Positions 1 to 12,692 of a stretch of 64,000 nt of DNA are shown piece by piece; position 1 is the first letter of the stretch, and the number at the start of each line of letters is the position of its first letter. The notes under the pieces were generated by a model. The model was not told the DNA's origin, searched no databases, and saw only the letters and a list, made by a program, of their open reading frames with translations. The position numbers and the translations under genes were made by a program. Source of the DNA: Octopus sinensis (lineage: Eukaryota); contig NC_043022.1 of NCBI RefSeq assembly GCF_006345805.1, positions 8,928,001 through 8,992,000 of the forward strand, read 5' to 3'.

Positions 1-400
1 GAAGCCAGTCAAGGCAGCACTAGCCCATTTAAAAGTACCCTTGAATCATCGGACGATACGCTGCACTTGAGAAAACATATTGAGTCAAGTAAAATCAAAA
101 TCAAAAGCAAATCAAAATCGAAATCAAAATGGAAATTGTAGTTGTGGCCGATGTCAGTGCCGTCTGACTGGCACCCAAGCTGGTAACACATAATAAGCAC
201 CATTCAGGTGTGGGTCGATGCCAGTGCCACCTGACTGGCTCCTGTGCTGGTGGCACTTAAAAAGCACTATCCGAACATAATTGATGCCAATGCCGCCTGA
301 ATGGCTCGTATTCTGGTGGCACATAAAAGGCACCCACTACACTCTCAGTGGTTGGCGTTAGGAAGGGCTTCTAGTTGTAGAAACCTTGGTGATGATGATG
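1..400 (+). mobile_element. SINE family C (internal ~63-bp repeats, RTE-type tail), partial
   Basis: Three ~63-bp units (gatgccagtgccgcctgactggc...gtggcac...aaaaagcacc), then ggttggcgttaggaagggc..tagaaac and a (GAT)n tail; same family as 30655-31068. Confidence 0.75.
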
Positions 401-402
401 AA

Positions 403-435
<33 letters not shown>

Positions 436-449
436 TATACATATATATA

Positions 450-495
<46 letters not shown>

Positions 496-529
496 TACAT
501 ATACATATATATACATATATATATCTATA

Positions 530-1335
530 TCTATATATATATAAAACTGTAGTTGTGTGAGTGTCTGTCCCCTTCGATTTAGACTCCTAACTACTCCCAC
601 ATTTTGCGGTGCAGTTTAACCAAATTCGGGTATCTTATATTCGTGATTCATATCAAGCCCGTCTGGGTATTAGTGCGCGTCTACGATGAGTCTACGATTT
701 TAAAAATAATTTAACATCATTTTTTATTCCATTTTAATGCATATTTTTTCGTGTGTCGATGGCGGCGGAGTTGGCGTCCACGCTCAAACACCTGCACCTG
801 TGTTGCTTCTCCCCCTTCTTCCCTCCCTCGTGAAGCTGTGGGGAAGGGAGTGTAAGGAAATCAACATCGTAATGCGTTGTCAAGGAGACCAGCGTTCTTT
901 TAGAACAACGACTTCATGGCTTGAAGTCGCCAAAACAGAAATCGCTAAAAAAGCTGAAACAGATCCACAAAATTACCGCCACACAGGGCAGGTTTCCTGT
1001 GCAAACAATTTGCACAACCGAATGTTTTAGTTGTTGCACAAATCTTTATATATAAAAGTAAGGTTGTGTGTCTGTCTCCTACAATTTAGATTCCTAACTA
1101 CTCCCACATTTTGCGGTGCAGTTTAACCAAAACCGGGTATCTTATAGTCGTGATTCATATCGAGCCCTTCTGGGTATTAGCGCGCGTCTACGATGAGTCA
1201 ACGATTTAAAAAAAAATTACCATTTTTTATTCCATTTTTAATGCATTTTTTGCTATTTTTTTGCTATAACTCACTAAAAATGCTTATATAGTTATTTCCC
1301 TTACAAACCCGAGCAACGCCGGGCGATACTGGTAG
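530..1335 (+). mobile_element. Non-autonomous Helitron with two 5' ends (530 and 1043)
   Basis: 5' TCTATATATATATAAAA; second 5' end TCTTTATATATAAAA at 1043 repeating ~190 bp; 3' hairpin cccg-agcaacgc-cggg (1308-1323) then GTAG|T (CTAG variant). Confidence 0.7.
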
Positions 1336-1435
1336 TATATATATATATATATATACATGATACATACATATATATATATATGCATACATATATATATACA
1401 TGCATACATATATATATATACATACATATATATAT

Positions 1436-1494
<59 letters not shown>

Positions 1495-1619
1495 ATTTAC
1501 CACATGAACTACAATGAAAAAAATATGAGAAAGATATGGTATATAACTTTTCTTCTGCAGGGTTTTATTGAGACATAATTCATTTTTAAGAGTTATGCAA
1601 AAGTAAAAAGGTTGAGAAA

Positions 1620-2617
1620 TACTAGCCACCAGATTTATCTTTGCCTTTCATCCATTTGGGGGCCAATAAAGTAAGTGCCAGTCAAGCATTGGGATTGATC
1701 TAATCAACTAATGCCCTCCCACAAAATTGCTGGACTTGTGCCAAAATTTGAAACCATTATTATTGTTGTTGTTATTATTTTGGTTTGGCTCAGGTTCAGT
1801 CTTATTCTTGGTAGGGATTATGTGGGTAGCGGTTTACAACTTGTAACCTTAGGTATCCACAAGTTTTCAGCAGCCTTTCAAGTGCTTAGAACCCTCCTCA
1901 TAATCCTTGCTGTCTCTGAGAGACAAACTTTCTGTAGGAGCTCTACCGGGCATTTTATTCCAATCTCCTTCAGTAATTTGTCTATATTTTCACTTAGTGA
2001 CATTTCTTCCAATTCACTGTTCTAAGTTCTAATCCTTCTGAAGCTACCTTTGCCTTTTACCCTTATGGGATCCATAAAATAAGTACCAGTCAAGTACTGG
2101 GGTTGATGTAATCAACTAAACTAAAATTGCTGGCCTTGTACCAAAGTTTGAACCCATAATTATTATTGTTGTTACCATTATTAAGGTGGTGAGTTGGCAG
2201 AATTGTTAGTAAACTGGACAAAATTGCTTTGCAGTATTTCTTGTTTTTAGATTATGAGTCCAAATTCTGCTGAGGTTGACTTTGCCTTCAATTCTTTTAG
2301 GATTAATAAAATATATAGCAGTTGAGCACAGTAATCAACTAACCCACTTCTCCTTTCCCTTAAAAATTATTGGCTAACATTTGAAAGAATTATTATTGTT
2401 TCTGAGGCAGCAAACTAGCAGAATTATTAGCATTCTGGATGACTTGCTTAGCAGTATTTCACCCATCGTTGTGTTCTGAGTTCAAATTCTATCGAGGATG
2501 ACTTTACCGTTCACTCTTTTGGGGTTGATTGAATAAGTACCAGTTACACACTGGGGTCGATGTAATCAACTTAATCCCTTCCTCCAAATTTCAGGCCTTG
2601 TGCCTACAGTAGACAGG

Positions 2618-2661
<44 letters not shown>

Positions 2662-2850
2662 GGTGGTGAACTGGAACTTACATTCTGTGTTCAAATTCCA
2701 TCAAGGTCAACTTTGCTTTTCATCCCTTCAGGGTCGATGAAATAAGTACCAGTCATGCATTGCAGTTGATGTAATCCACTTGCCCCCCACCCCACCCAAA
2801 ATAAATTTCAGGCCTTGTGCCCATAGTAGAAAAGATTATTATTATTATTT
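1620..2850 (+). mobile_element. Head-to-tail array of ~6 SINE family B2 copies separated by (ATT)n
   Basis: Repeated ggcagaat..ttctgagttcaaattc..tttgcctttcatcc..aagtaccag..ggccttgtgcc, each followed by an attatt tail. Confidence 0.8.
1781..2000 (-). mobile_element. R4/Dong-like (RLE) LINE 3' end
   Basis: Minus 2000-1878 reads SLSENIDKLLKEIGIKCPVELLQKVCLSETARIMRRVLST*, resembling the LQKxxLLxTARILRxVL C-terminus of R4/Dong elements; ends in a (TAA)n-like tract. Confidence 0.75.
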
Positions 2851-3590
2851 ATCAGTGATTATAATTATTCTAATTTTTCTGGTTAGTCAGACATAGACTA
2901 CTCCAGGAATGTTTCAGTGTTATTCTGATTTCATCAGCCAGAGAAAGTCACTTGCTGCTCTATTTCCTAAAATACTGCTGAGAGAATCAGTTAGTAAATG
3001 TACAAAATTGTATACTAATTTCGTTTGGAAACCGAAAATCGTTTAGCAACTAAATATTTCAGAAATGTTACCAATATGATGAACAGCAGTTTAGCTAATA
3101 TTAAAATTCTGTAATGCAGCGTCAACAAATTTTTGTTTTCAATGATGTCAGCCTGCAAGTCATACATCTTCATCTGTGGCACTCCTAGTTAATTTTCTTG
3201 GAGAAATTTGAGAAATCCATTTCGTTTTATCAATCTTCCAAGTCTGTAATTGTTTCAAGTTGGAAGTTTGACAATCTTGCAGCACTCTTAGGCACATCTC
3301 AGTATGTGTGTATGGTTGTTATCAGTGTTTGTGTGTGTGTGTGTGTGCGAGAGAGAGAGAGAGTTAGAGAGAAAATGTGTGTAGAACTAGATTATAAATA
3401 ATAGCTAAGATACTTATATAAACATTATTAGATGGTATATCTTTGTAGAGATTATGTTGGAAATAAGTACCACTATGTGATCAGTCATCCTGCTAGAAAT
3501 AGCAGTCAACTCTCCCTTAAATTTCACCCTAGCGAGTCTATACAACAACAGAAACAACATGTGCATTGAAAATTAATAATAATAATAATA

Positions 3591-4672
3591 ATTTCATTTA
3601 TTGGCCACCAGAGCCAACATATAGGGGACAGTACAGTAAACGTGGACAGTGGGGTTTTACACAAAACAGCAAGTACACAATTAAAACAATAACATTCGCA
3701 CCAAAAGCAAATCATCTGGTGCGTGAAATATGCTCAATTTGAAAATCACTTTCAAATTCAATGTTTTGTGTTACAAGAGCCATCAGTTTCTCGTCCCTTC
3801 TTATTTGAGTATGAAGTTGAGTATTTTGTGTCAGTATTGTTTTATTTGTTTGCTTGACTGTAGTGGTGATGGTCTTGTTGTTTTGTATCTGTGTTTGCTG
3901 TGAGTGTGATATCTGCAGTTTTAGATGTTTGTGTGAGTGTCTGTTCTTGTGTCTGTTTAGGTTGTTTGTGTTTGGGGGATTCTAGTGATTTGATGGTGTT
4001 GGTTGTGTTGGTATTATTGGGGAGATGTTTGCATGGGTGGTGTCTGTATTTCTTATTGTGGGTGTTGTTATTCTTTATAGAGTTTTTTTTGTGTGCTTTC
4101 TTTTATATTTTTTGGGCCTTTTATGTTTTCTATCATTTTCACTACTGGAAGATGAGGGATCTGTGGCTGTAAGTGTGTCTGTCTGTGTCAATGTTTATAT
4201 TCTTATTTATGTGGGAGAGCTTTCCTCATTTCCCCCAGGGTGGGTGGTGTTTCGTTTGTTGTTGCTGGTGTTGGTTGTGATCCTTGCCCTGGCATAGGCA
4301 GCAGTGGAGGCCTTCGATCCCTTGTACTTTTTATCAATGCAGCCATTTGCCCTCAGTCATTATGTGCAATACTGTCCCGTTTTGGAGACAGATGTGGTCC
4401 AGGATTCTTTTAAAGTTTTCAGGCTTGATCTGGAGAAGTTCTCCAGATCCACCCTGGTAGTCCTCCCTGGCAGTCTTTGTCACCTCCATCGGGATGGTAT
4501 CTGACCCTTGCTTGTTTATGCATCCCAGAAGCCACCGCATGTCAAGTCCTGGTGGAATCCTGGGAATGCAGACATATGCTATTCTTTTTCCCATATGGGA
4601 TGGGTACATAAATGATCTTGCTGGTTTGGCAGGGGTCATTGAATGCTGAACCCAAAACAACACTGTTGCAAA
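3591..4672 (-). mobile_element. Decayed Tx1/L1-like element: ORF1 (gag-like) remnant plus 3' tail
   Basis: ORF 4663-4334 (PSHMGKRIAYVCIPRIPPGL...LHIMTEG) continues in frame past two stops to CCLCQGKDH (zinc-knuckle-like), then T/K/N-rich low complexity and a tail ctgtcccct..gtggccAATAAAtgaaat. Confidence 0.55.
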
Positions 4673-4739
4673 GTGAGCTTCTCATCCACACAGCCATGCC
4701 TACACCAATAAATCTAAATATATGTATTTAATATGGTAA

Positions 4740-5460
4740 TATATGAAAATATTATTGGGATATAAGTATGGTGTAATAACAACTTATGCTTCTGAGATGT
4801 AAAAAGGGAACAATAGAATTAAAAGAATTTCAGGTGTCTTCAGCAGATGTTGTCTAGGAACCATATTAAGAACTCTTGGTGTAATCTTCTATATATATAA
4901 ACGGCAAAATGTCTGTCTGTGTGTGTGTGCGTGCGTGTCCTTTATACAAATCCACAATTTTTCAGTTAGAGGGCTCGCACTTTCTATGGTCATTCAAAAC
5001 CATCCAAGGGTGGTCATGCACATCTTTACATTTCCCCAGTCACCCTGCAAAGCCATTAAAAAAATCAATAGAAGTGACTTTTTTGTGAAGTTTCTATCCA
5101 AAACCCAATCAAAATGCCCAAAACTTGATAAGCCAATTGAATGCCAGCTAGCTGTATGTGATTGGTTGGAGATTTGGACAGTACTCGCATGTATGTGCGC
5201 ATGCACGCAGCTGTATATGCATGCACTAGCACTATGACCCAGTGTTGCCGGGTCATAGTGCTAGTCCCATACTAAAATGCAGTCATGGTGAAAGTAGCCA
5301 GGCTAGCTAATCTACAAGATGCCATTACAATAAGATGGATGAAGATGCTTAGGTCATGTGCTACATATGCCCATGAGAGTCTTTCTCCATTTGGAGCATG
5401 AGACCTGGCTGTTGCCTGATGGATAAGGGCCTGGTCTGGCCTAAGAGCAACCCTTCTGAG
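4740..5460 (+). mobile_element. Highly decayed RTE LINE fragment split by a Helitron
   Basis: Remnant motifs TYASEM and VFSRCCLGTIL before the Helitron; NLQDAITIRWMKML and GHVLHMP after it. Confidence 0.5.
4885..5264 (+). mobile_element. Non-autonomous Helitron family 2
   Basis: A|TC 5' end, CTAG|T 3' end, terminal hairpin 5225-5265, no TSD; second copy at 35577-35911. Confidence 0.85.
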
Positions 5461-5619
5461 AAAAAATCACTCGTTACTTAATTCTCCAAGGGGAGTGGAA
5501 GATAACTAAAACTATTAACTAATGGTTGGCAGATTTTATCTCTAAACAAGAAACCAATATTTTGATTTCTTTGTAGAGATTCTTGTGTTGGAAGTCAATA
5601 CTATGACACTGTCAGCAGT

Positions 5620-5930
5620 CCAGTATGAATGCTAGAAGTCACCAATGACAGTCATGCAATCTCTGAAGAATTGACAATGCAATCAGCTTATAAGATTTTC
5701 TTGATATAACTGATATTTTTTTATTCTTAATGAAATGTGCATAAGATTATGTAACTAAATATTTTATGAAAGACCTCTCCAGTATGAATACTAATGATTA
5801 TTAATGAGTATTAAGCAATCTCTGAAGATTTGACAATGTAATCAGCTTATGAGATTTTTGTTATATAACTGATATTTTTTATTCTGTAAGATTATAAGAC
5901 TAAATATTTTGTCAACAGATTCTTATGTTT
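5620..5930. repeat. Diverged ~160-bp tandem duplication
   Basis: ccagtatgaat...gcaatctctgaaga..ttgacaatg.aatcagcttat..ataactgatattttt occurs twice, 160 bp apart. Confidence 0.75.
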
Positions 5931-6094
5931 GTTTTTGCTTTCTATATGTACTCTGTGACCTATCCAACCATACAAAACTTGGACTATAACATGAGTCCTT
6001 TTCAGAGTCTCCATTCAGGTGTACAGAAATAAACATGGAATAATAAATACTGGTTATTTGTGGTATATAGGATAAGGATAAAGATCTGTCTCAG

Positions 6095-6312
6095 CTCATA
6101 TAGACTCATAAGGGCTGGTTTCCTGATTTCCATGACATATATTTCCTCCTGGACAGGACACCAGTCCATCACAGGATTACTCATTTTTGCCAGCTGAGTG
6201 GACTAGAACAACATGAAATTGTTTTGCACAAAAACACAATGTGTCACATGGCCCAAGAACCGAAACCACAGACTTACGATCCTGAGCCCAACACTTTAAC
6301 CACTAAGCCATA
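6095..6312 (-). mobile_element. Old tRNA/CORE-type SINE
   Basis: Minus strand head tggcttagtggttaaagtgttgg, CORE-like gtccactcagctggcaaaaatgagt, then cctgtgatggactggtgtcctgtccagg; relatives at ~10264-10935 and ~30615-31250. Confidence 0.65.
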
Positions 6313-6699
6313 TGTCTTTCCTATTTGTGGTATAATTCAAATGTAAATTGAATTGTATAATGTCTGTGTGTATGTGTTTGAAGGGAAGAGAGTGAGAGAT
6401 AGACAAACAGACAGACAGGTTGTAGAAGCAAATTTTTTTTATTCCTAACTGAATTATGTGGATGTGAGCAGTAAGAGTGGCGACAAGTGTTGGTGCCATG
6501 AGATGCATCCAGCACACTCTGTGGAATGGTTGGTGATAGGAACATCATCTGACCCTAGAAAATAAGACCAATATTAACCATATACATGAGACATGTTCCT
6601 TTGACCTATCAACCTATCTAGGAGAAAAGTAGGATAAGTTTAGAGAGATGGTTTAGACATTGATTAGACCATACTTTAGCTTTAACAGAATGCTAAACA

Positions 6700-7020
6700 C
6701 ATGGATATTCATCCATCTGTCAGTCTGTCCATCGATCCATTTATCCATTCATCTATCCATATATCTATCCATGCATTCACCCATTCTTCTATCTATTTCA
6801 TTTACTCATCTATACATCCATCCATCTATCCATTACGTCATCTATTTATCTGTACATACATCCTTCCATCCATCCGACCATCTACCCATTCATCCATCTG
6901 TCCATCCACCCAACCCTACATGTGTTCATTCATTCATTTATTCATTCATTCATTCATCCATCTTTCCAATAATCCATCCGTCTATCCATCCATCCATCCA
7001 TCCATTCATCCATCCATACC
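6700..7020. repeat. Degenerate (CCAT/TCAT)n microsatellite
   Basis: Direct reading. Confidence 0.9.
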
Positions 7021-7488
7021 ACTTGAAGACATCAGAAAAGTATATGAGCTTCATATCGGAAATAGAAGGAAGTCTTTGAAGATATAGACAAAAACACAGT
7101 GATAGGCGCTTAGCTTTGAAATGATAATTTCCATAAAAATGTCAGTTTCTGGGAGCTTCTTTTAAAAATTTCAATAGCTTACAGAGCCAGAGCTGCTTCT
7201 CATAAACTGGAACTCCTTCACACACACATACTCATACACACACATATGTGCCTGTGTGTACATATAAATGTGTGTGTGTATATATATATATTATAGGGTA
7301 TCATTGATTTAATGATTTCTATCATTTATTGAATATACAAAGAAGCAAAAAAAGGGTAACTTACCCACCTACAAGCCTAACCCTACACATACACAAAACA
7401 AAACAAAAAAAAAAACAAATAAATAAGTGGGACTTTTAATTCTATGATCTAGTAATATATATCTTTACTATCATAATTGTCTCTCCTC

Positions 7489-7520
<32 letters not shown>

Positions 7521-7846
7521 TCCACTTTCTTTCTCTCTATCTCTCTCACTTTCAAAAGATTTTTTACCTGTAATGTGATTTTTGCATTATACTTTGAGAA
7601 GGAGGTGAAAAGACCAAAAAAAAAGCATTAAAGAAAAGAATAAAAAAAAAAATAAATGCAAAAAAAAAAAAACAAGAAAGATATTTCTTCTTTATTGGTA
7701 TAATTCAGTCTGTTGAATCAACTAATCTATATTGTCAGACCGACATTGCATTTCAATTTATAGAGACAGAAACTATATTTCATTCGCCTCTTTTTTTTCT
7801 CTTTTTTTTTTGACGTATATTTATTACTCTCAATTTAGGGAGGACA

Positions 7847-7898
<52 letters not shown>

Positions 7899-8146
7899 CT
7901 TTCTCTCTCACCTTCCCACATAACCCACCTAGCTATCTACTCTGCCTTGCTGCAAACTATAAAGAAAAAACAAAATGAAATAAAAGAAAGAAAAGGAAAG
8001 GAAAGAGACCTTTATGGAACATCTAAAAGATTTTTTGAAACTAGTGATTTTTTTTATTGATCATTAACATAAATTATATTCGTGTGTATATATGTATGAA
8101 TGAATATGTATGTATGTTATATATATATATATATATATATATATAG

Positions 8147-8193
<47 letters not shown>

Positions 8194-10020
8194 TATGTAT
8201 AATTATATACATACATATGCATACATATATGTATACACATATACAGATAGATTATTTATATGTATATATAAATATGTGTAAATAATATGGGCATACATAT
8301 ATACACATGTACACGTAGGTATATGTGTGTGCATGAGAGATGCACACATAAGTGTATGAATGTATATGTATATATATATATATATGTGTGTGTGAACATG
8401 TATATATACAAACTTATATAGATATATACACACATACGCCATATGCATTTATATAACTTATATATACCATATATATATATGTATGTATGTATGTATATAT
8501 ATATATATATATATAAATGTATAAGAGATGTGTGTGTGGTAAAAGAAAATTGGGCTTTTTGTTGGTATCAGTTTCTACTGGACAAATTTACACACACGCA
8601 TGGACACACAGACACACTCACACGCATTTAAAAAATAAATCAGTTTTTTTTTTTTCAATAAAGTAATATGATGGTTCTATCATTGTTAATTTAAGCCATC
8701 AAAATTTATTCTAAGAGTTCTCTGATAATATATATTCTTAGTTTCTCTTTTTATTCAATAATCCCCTAGACTAAAGTTGAAGTGAAACATTTCATAGACA
8801 ATGCGAGTGATTTCCATAGTTTTAGATTTCCAGTCAAGTCAGACTGCAAGGCCAAATATATTTGTGACAAGCACACAATATCTGTCTGTCTATCCCCATA
8901 GAAAGTGTTAGAAAATATATGTAATCTTGATTGTACCAAATGTTTATTATCTTTCCCAGCTACTTTTAATTCTTCTGCTTGTTTTTAACCAACTATAAAT
9001 CATGTGCAATATCTTAGCTGAGCAAGTGAATAAAAGAAAACAATCAAATAGTAGTTTTAATGTTACTTATTCCATAGAAAAACACTGATTAAAAATTCTG
9101 CAAATAAATATTGAATTGATAACTGACCAAAAGTCTTGATTGCAAATGATTTTAACGACTATAAATTTTTTAAAATGGTAATTTAATGTCTTATATAGAT
9201 TTCTGTAACTTCTGACTGATGAACTTTGAAAAGAATCCAATAGTTGGAAGCAATGTGACCACACACTGAGAAAACATCTATTGTCTGGCCAAAATGATGT
9301 TTGTCTGCTAAGATTTTGTAGTTTGATTTACTACAAACTTGAAAATCTGCTTACAATTTCTTTTTGGCACTTCTATCAGTAAATAGATATATATCAACTA
9401 CAAAGCTACTTAGGTTTAAGATATTTAATATAATAATAATAATAATAACAACAACAATATAACGATAATAAATAAATACATATATATATATATATAAAAG
9501 AAATATCAGCCAGACACAAATTCTGAGTACTTTGATAGAGAGAAAAGACCAAACTTAATTCATCTTATTCAAGTATATCAAATCATTTTGTATAGTTATA
9601 TTTCCTTTTATATTTTATTTTTTTATTTCTCTTCTTTTACTCTTAGATTTTTAGGAAATCTTTCAATCGTTTATGTAATATTACATTCTAATAGAGTAAT
9701 TAGAAATAACTTCATCACTTGAAGTAATTTAGATTTCTTACAGTGCCATCATCATCATCATCACCACCTTCATCATCATCATTGTCATTTAACATCTACT
9801 TTTCCATGCTTGCATGGGTCAGATGGAACTTCTTTTAGCAGATTTTCTACAGCCAGATGCCCTTCCTATCACCAACCCTCGCCTTCAAGTAAACTTATAT
9901 TTCCTCGTGGACAGATGGACAGACACATTTTTTACAGAACACTGGAAATTAACGACAATGCTTGTGTGATGGTGATGCTCATTTACAATCATCACATGAT
10001 GTCTAGGTAGGGGCAAATGC

Positions 10021-10057
<37 letters not shown>

Positions 10058-10341
10058 CATCTTCATTTAATATCACTGTTCCTTGCTAGCATAGAATAAT
10101 GAAAGTTAAATGATGATGATGATGATGATAAATACATATATGAGAGAATGAGTCCTCAACACCACATTAGTTGATAAATATTCATTATTTGTGGGTAGAC
10201 AAAGCTACCATTGGTTTCAAATTCAACTAAAACCAACTTTGCCTTTCATTCTTCCATCATCATCCTCTTGACATTACTGTCTTCAAGTTCTAGGACTCTT
10301 GGAGCTGGTTACCCAGTTTCCATGGTATATAAGCCACCAAG

Positions 10342-10744
10342 GTGAGCTGGCAGAATCGTTAGCACGCCAGACGAAATACTTAGCGGTATTTCGTCTGCCG
10401 CTACGTTCTGAGTTTAAATTCCACCAAGGTCGACTTTGCCTTTCATCCTTTCGAGGTCGATAAATTAAGTACCAGTTATGCACTGGGGTCGATGTAATCG
10501 ACTTAATCCATTTGTCCTTGTTTGTCCTCTCTGTGTTTAGCCCCTTGTGGGTAGTAAAGAAATAGGTATTTCATCTGCCGTTACGTTCTGAGTTCAAATT
10601 CCGCAGAGGTCGACTTCGCCTTTCATCCTTTCGGGGTCGATAAATTAAGTATCAGTTACACACTGGGGTCGATGTAATCGACTTAATCTGTTTGTCCTTG
10701 TTTGTCCTCTCTGTGTTTAGCCCCTTGTGGGTAGTATAGAAATA
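10342..10744 (+). mobile_element. SINE family B1 dimer with 18-bp TSD
   Basis: TSD ggtatataagccaccaag at 10324-10341 and 10745-10762; second unit starts at ggtatttc (10565); tail gtccttgtttgtcc..agccccttgtgggtagtaaagaaata. Confidence 0.9.
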
Positions 10745-11341
10745 GGTATATAAGCCACCAAGATCACAACATTTCCCTTGAATGGGACACCAGTCAGTTT
10801 AAGAGTTACTTACAGTTGAGTGAATTGGAGCAATGTGAAATGAAATGTTTTCCTCAAGAACACAACACACTGCCTGGTTCGGGAATTGATACCATGATCT
10901 TGCAATCCTGAGTGCATCACCATAACCATTAGCACTGATAAAATAAAGTAACTGTCCAAGAGAGAGCATTATTGGGAGCATTATTAAAGCATTGAATATA
11001 AAATACCTCTTGACATTTATTTTGGTTCTTTTTGTTCTGAGTTCTTGGATGGTCAGTTTAATCTGTCATCTAGTTTAACACTATCACCTGATCCTTAGTT
11101 GATTCATCAGGGTCTCCTCTGCTGCAAACAGATCTTGTGATTTGATTTGATTGATAGAAACCAAAACAAGCACTGCCAGCTCTGAAGAGTGCAGGGTTAC
11201 ATCCACTTGAACCACTAGTGTGAAACTAATAGGTAAGATTGGTTGTAATGGACATGTAATACTGTACACTTTGATTAATAAGTTTCATGATGCAAACAGG
11301 AAAATAGAACTTAAAGCATGAGTATATATATATTTTGTAAA

Positions 11342-11459
11342 TAATCAGCAGAAATTACAGAGTGACTCCATGGCCAAGAGTTTTGAGTGTTGGCACATTG
11401 ATAAGCACCAACACATGAAAGTTTTCATCTTTGAGTCACTCTGTAACTTCTGGCTATTA
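11342..11459. repeat. Foldback (palindromic) element, ~120 bp
   Basis: cagaaattacagagtgactc (11349-11368) pairs with gagtcactctgtaacttctg (11433-11452) at 19/20; inner stem gtgttgg/ccaacac. Confidence 0.75.
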
Positions 11460-11794
11460 ATAATATGTGTGCACATACACCAGAGCCACTAAACATAATA
11501 GGAAGAAAACCCAGTTTGAAATAGATCCATAGTGCCTGGTCGTGGGGAAATGTTATTTTTTTTATGAAACAGGTGAGGGCTGGGGATAGGAAGAGCATCT
11601 AATCATAGAAAATCTTTCTCAATAAACTTTGTGCAACCCATGCAAGCATGGAAAAGTGGGCATTAAAACTACGATGATGATTGTGTGTGTGCATGTGTGT
11701 GTACATATATATATATTATCATCATCATCGTTTAACATTCGTTAAACGATGATGATGATGATATATATATATGTACACACACATGCACATGTGT

Positions 11795-11866
<72 letters not shown>

Positions 11867-12284
11867 ATATATACACTTGGCAACACGACAACAGAAGTCT
11901 ATGTGACCCAGTGGCTCAAATGATGACAGAGGTCCAGAATTACTAACCTGAATAAACCACATCAAGATTTGAACACTCAAAATGCAAAATGCCACAATAA
12001 ATACAACAAAGTATTTTATTTGATCTTCTAGTAATTCTGCCAGTTCAATAGCTTTTTTTAGATGAGACTTAATTCTGGCTTGAGGTTGTACTATAACACC
12101 AACTACATATGAAACTATAACATCAATGGAGCTTTCCAGCCAGGGTTGAGGAAACTTTTTAGTATCAGGGACTTAATCTATAAATGTAGTAACCTGTTGA
12201 GGCATATCTGTGGTGAGGACAATAATAAATCTTTATATTACAGTTTCATAGGTATATATAGGCATTGGCATAGCTTATAGACAC

Positions 12285-12692
12285 AAGTGCAGCTGTGTGG
12301 TTGAAAAGTTTGCTCCCCAAATATGTGGTTTCAGGTTCAGTCCCACTGCATGGTACCTTTGGCAAGTGTTTTCTTATATAGTCCCAGGCCATTGAAAGCC
12401 TTGTAAGCAGATTTTGTAGACAGAAACTGAAAGAAGTCCATCATGTATATATGCATGTGTATGTTTGTATTTCTTGGTCTTGGCATCATGTGATTGTTGT
12501 AAATGGATGTCATTCATTTCCAGTATTCTGCAAAAACATGTCTGGCCTTGCCATGGGAAAATATTACCTTGCTTTGGACACAGGTAAGGGTTGGTGATAG
12601 GAACGGCATCTGGCTGTAGAAAAATCTGCCTCAATAAACTCCATCCAACCCATGCAAGCTTGGAAAAGAGGTCATTAAAATGGTGATGATGT
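12285..12692 (+). mobile_element. SINE family A2 (tRNA head + CORE-like segment + RTE-type tail)
   Basis: Same head/body as family A1 but ends in agggttggtgatagga..catc..gctgtagaaaa..aacccatgcaagc..(GAT)n; other copies ~22290-22680, ~28965-29350, ~34170-34785 (-), ~49670-50240 (-). Confidence 0.75.

Noticed and set aside
2895-2945. Minus-strand CUGAUGA...GAAAC hammerhead candidate
   Set aside because: Stems I and II do not pair convincingly
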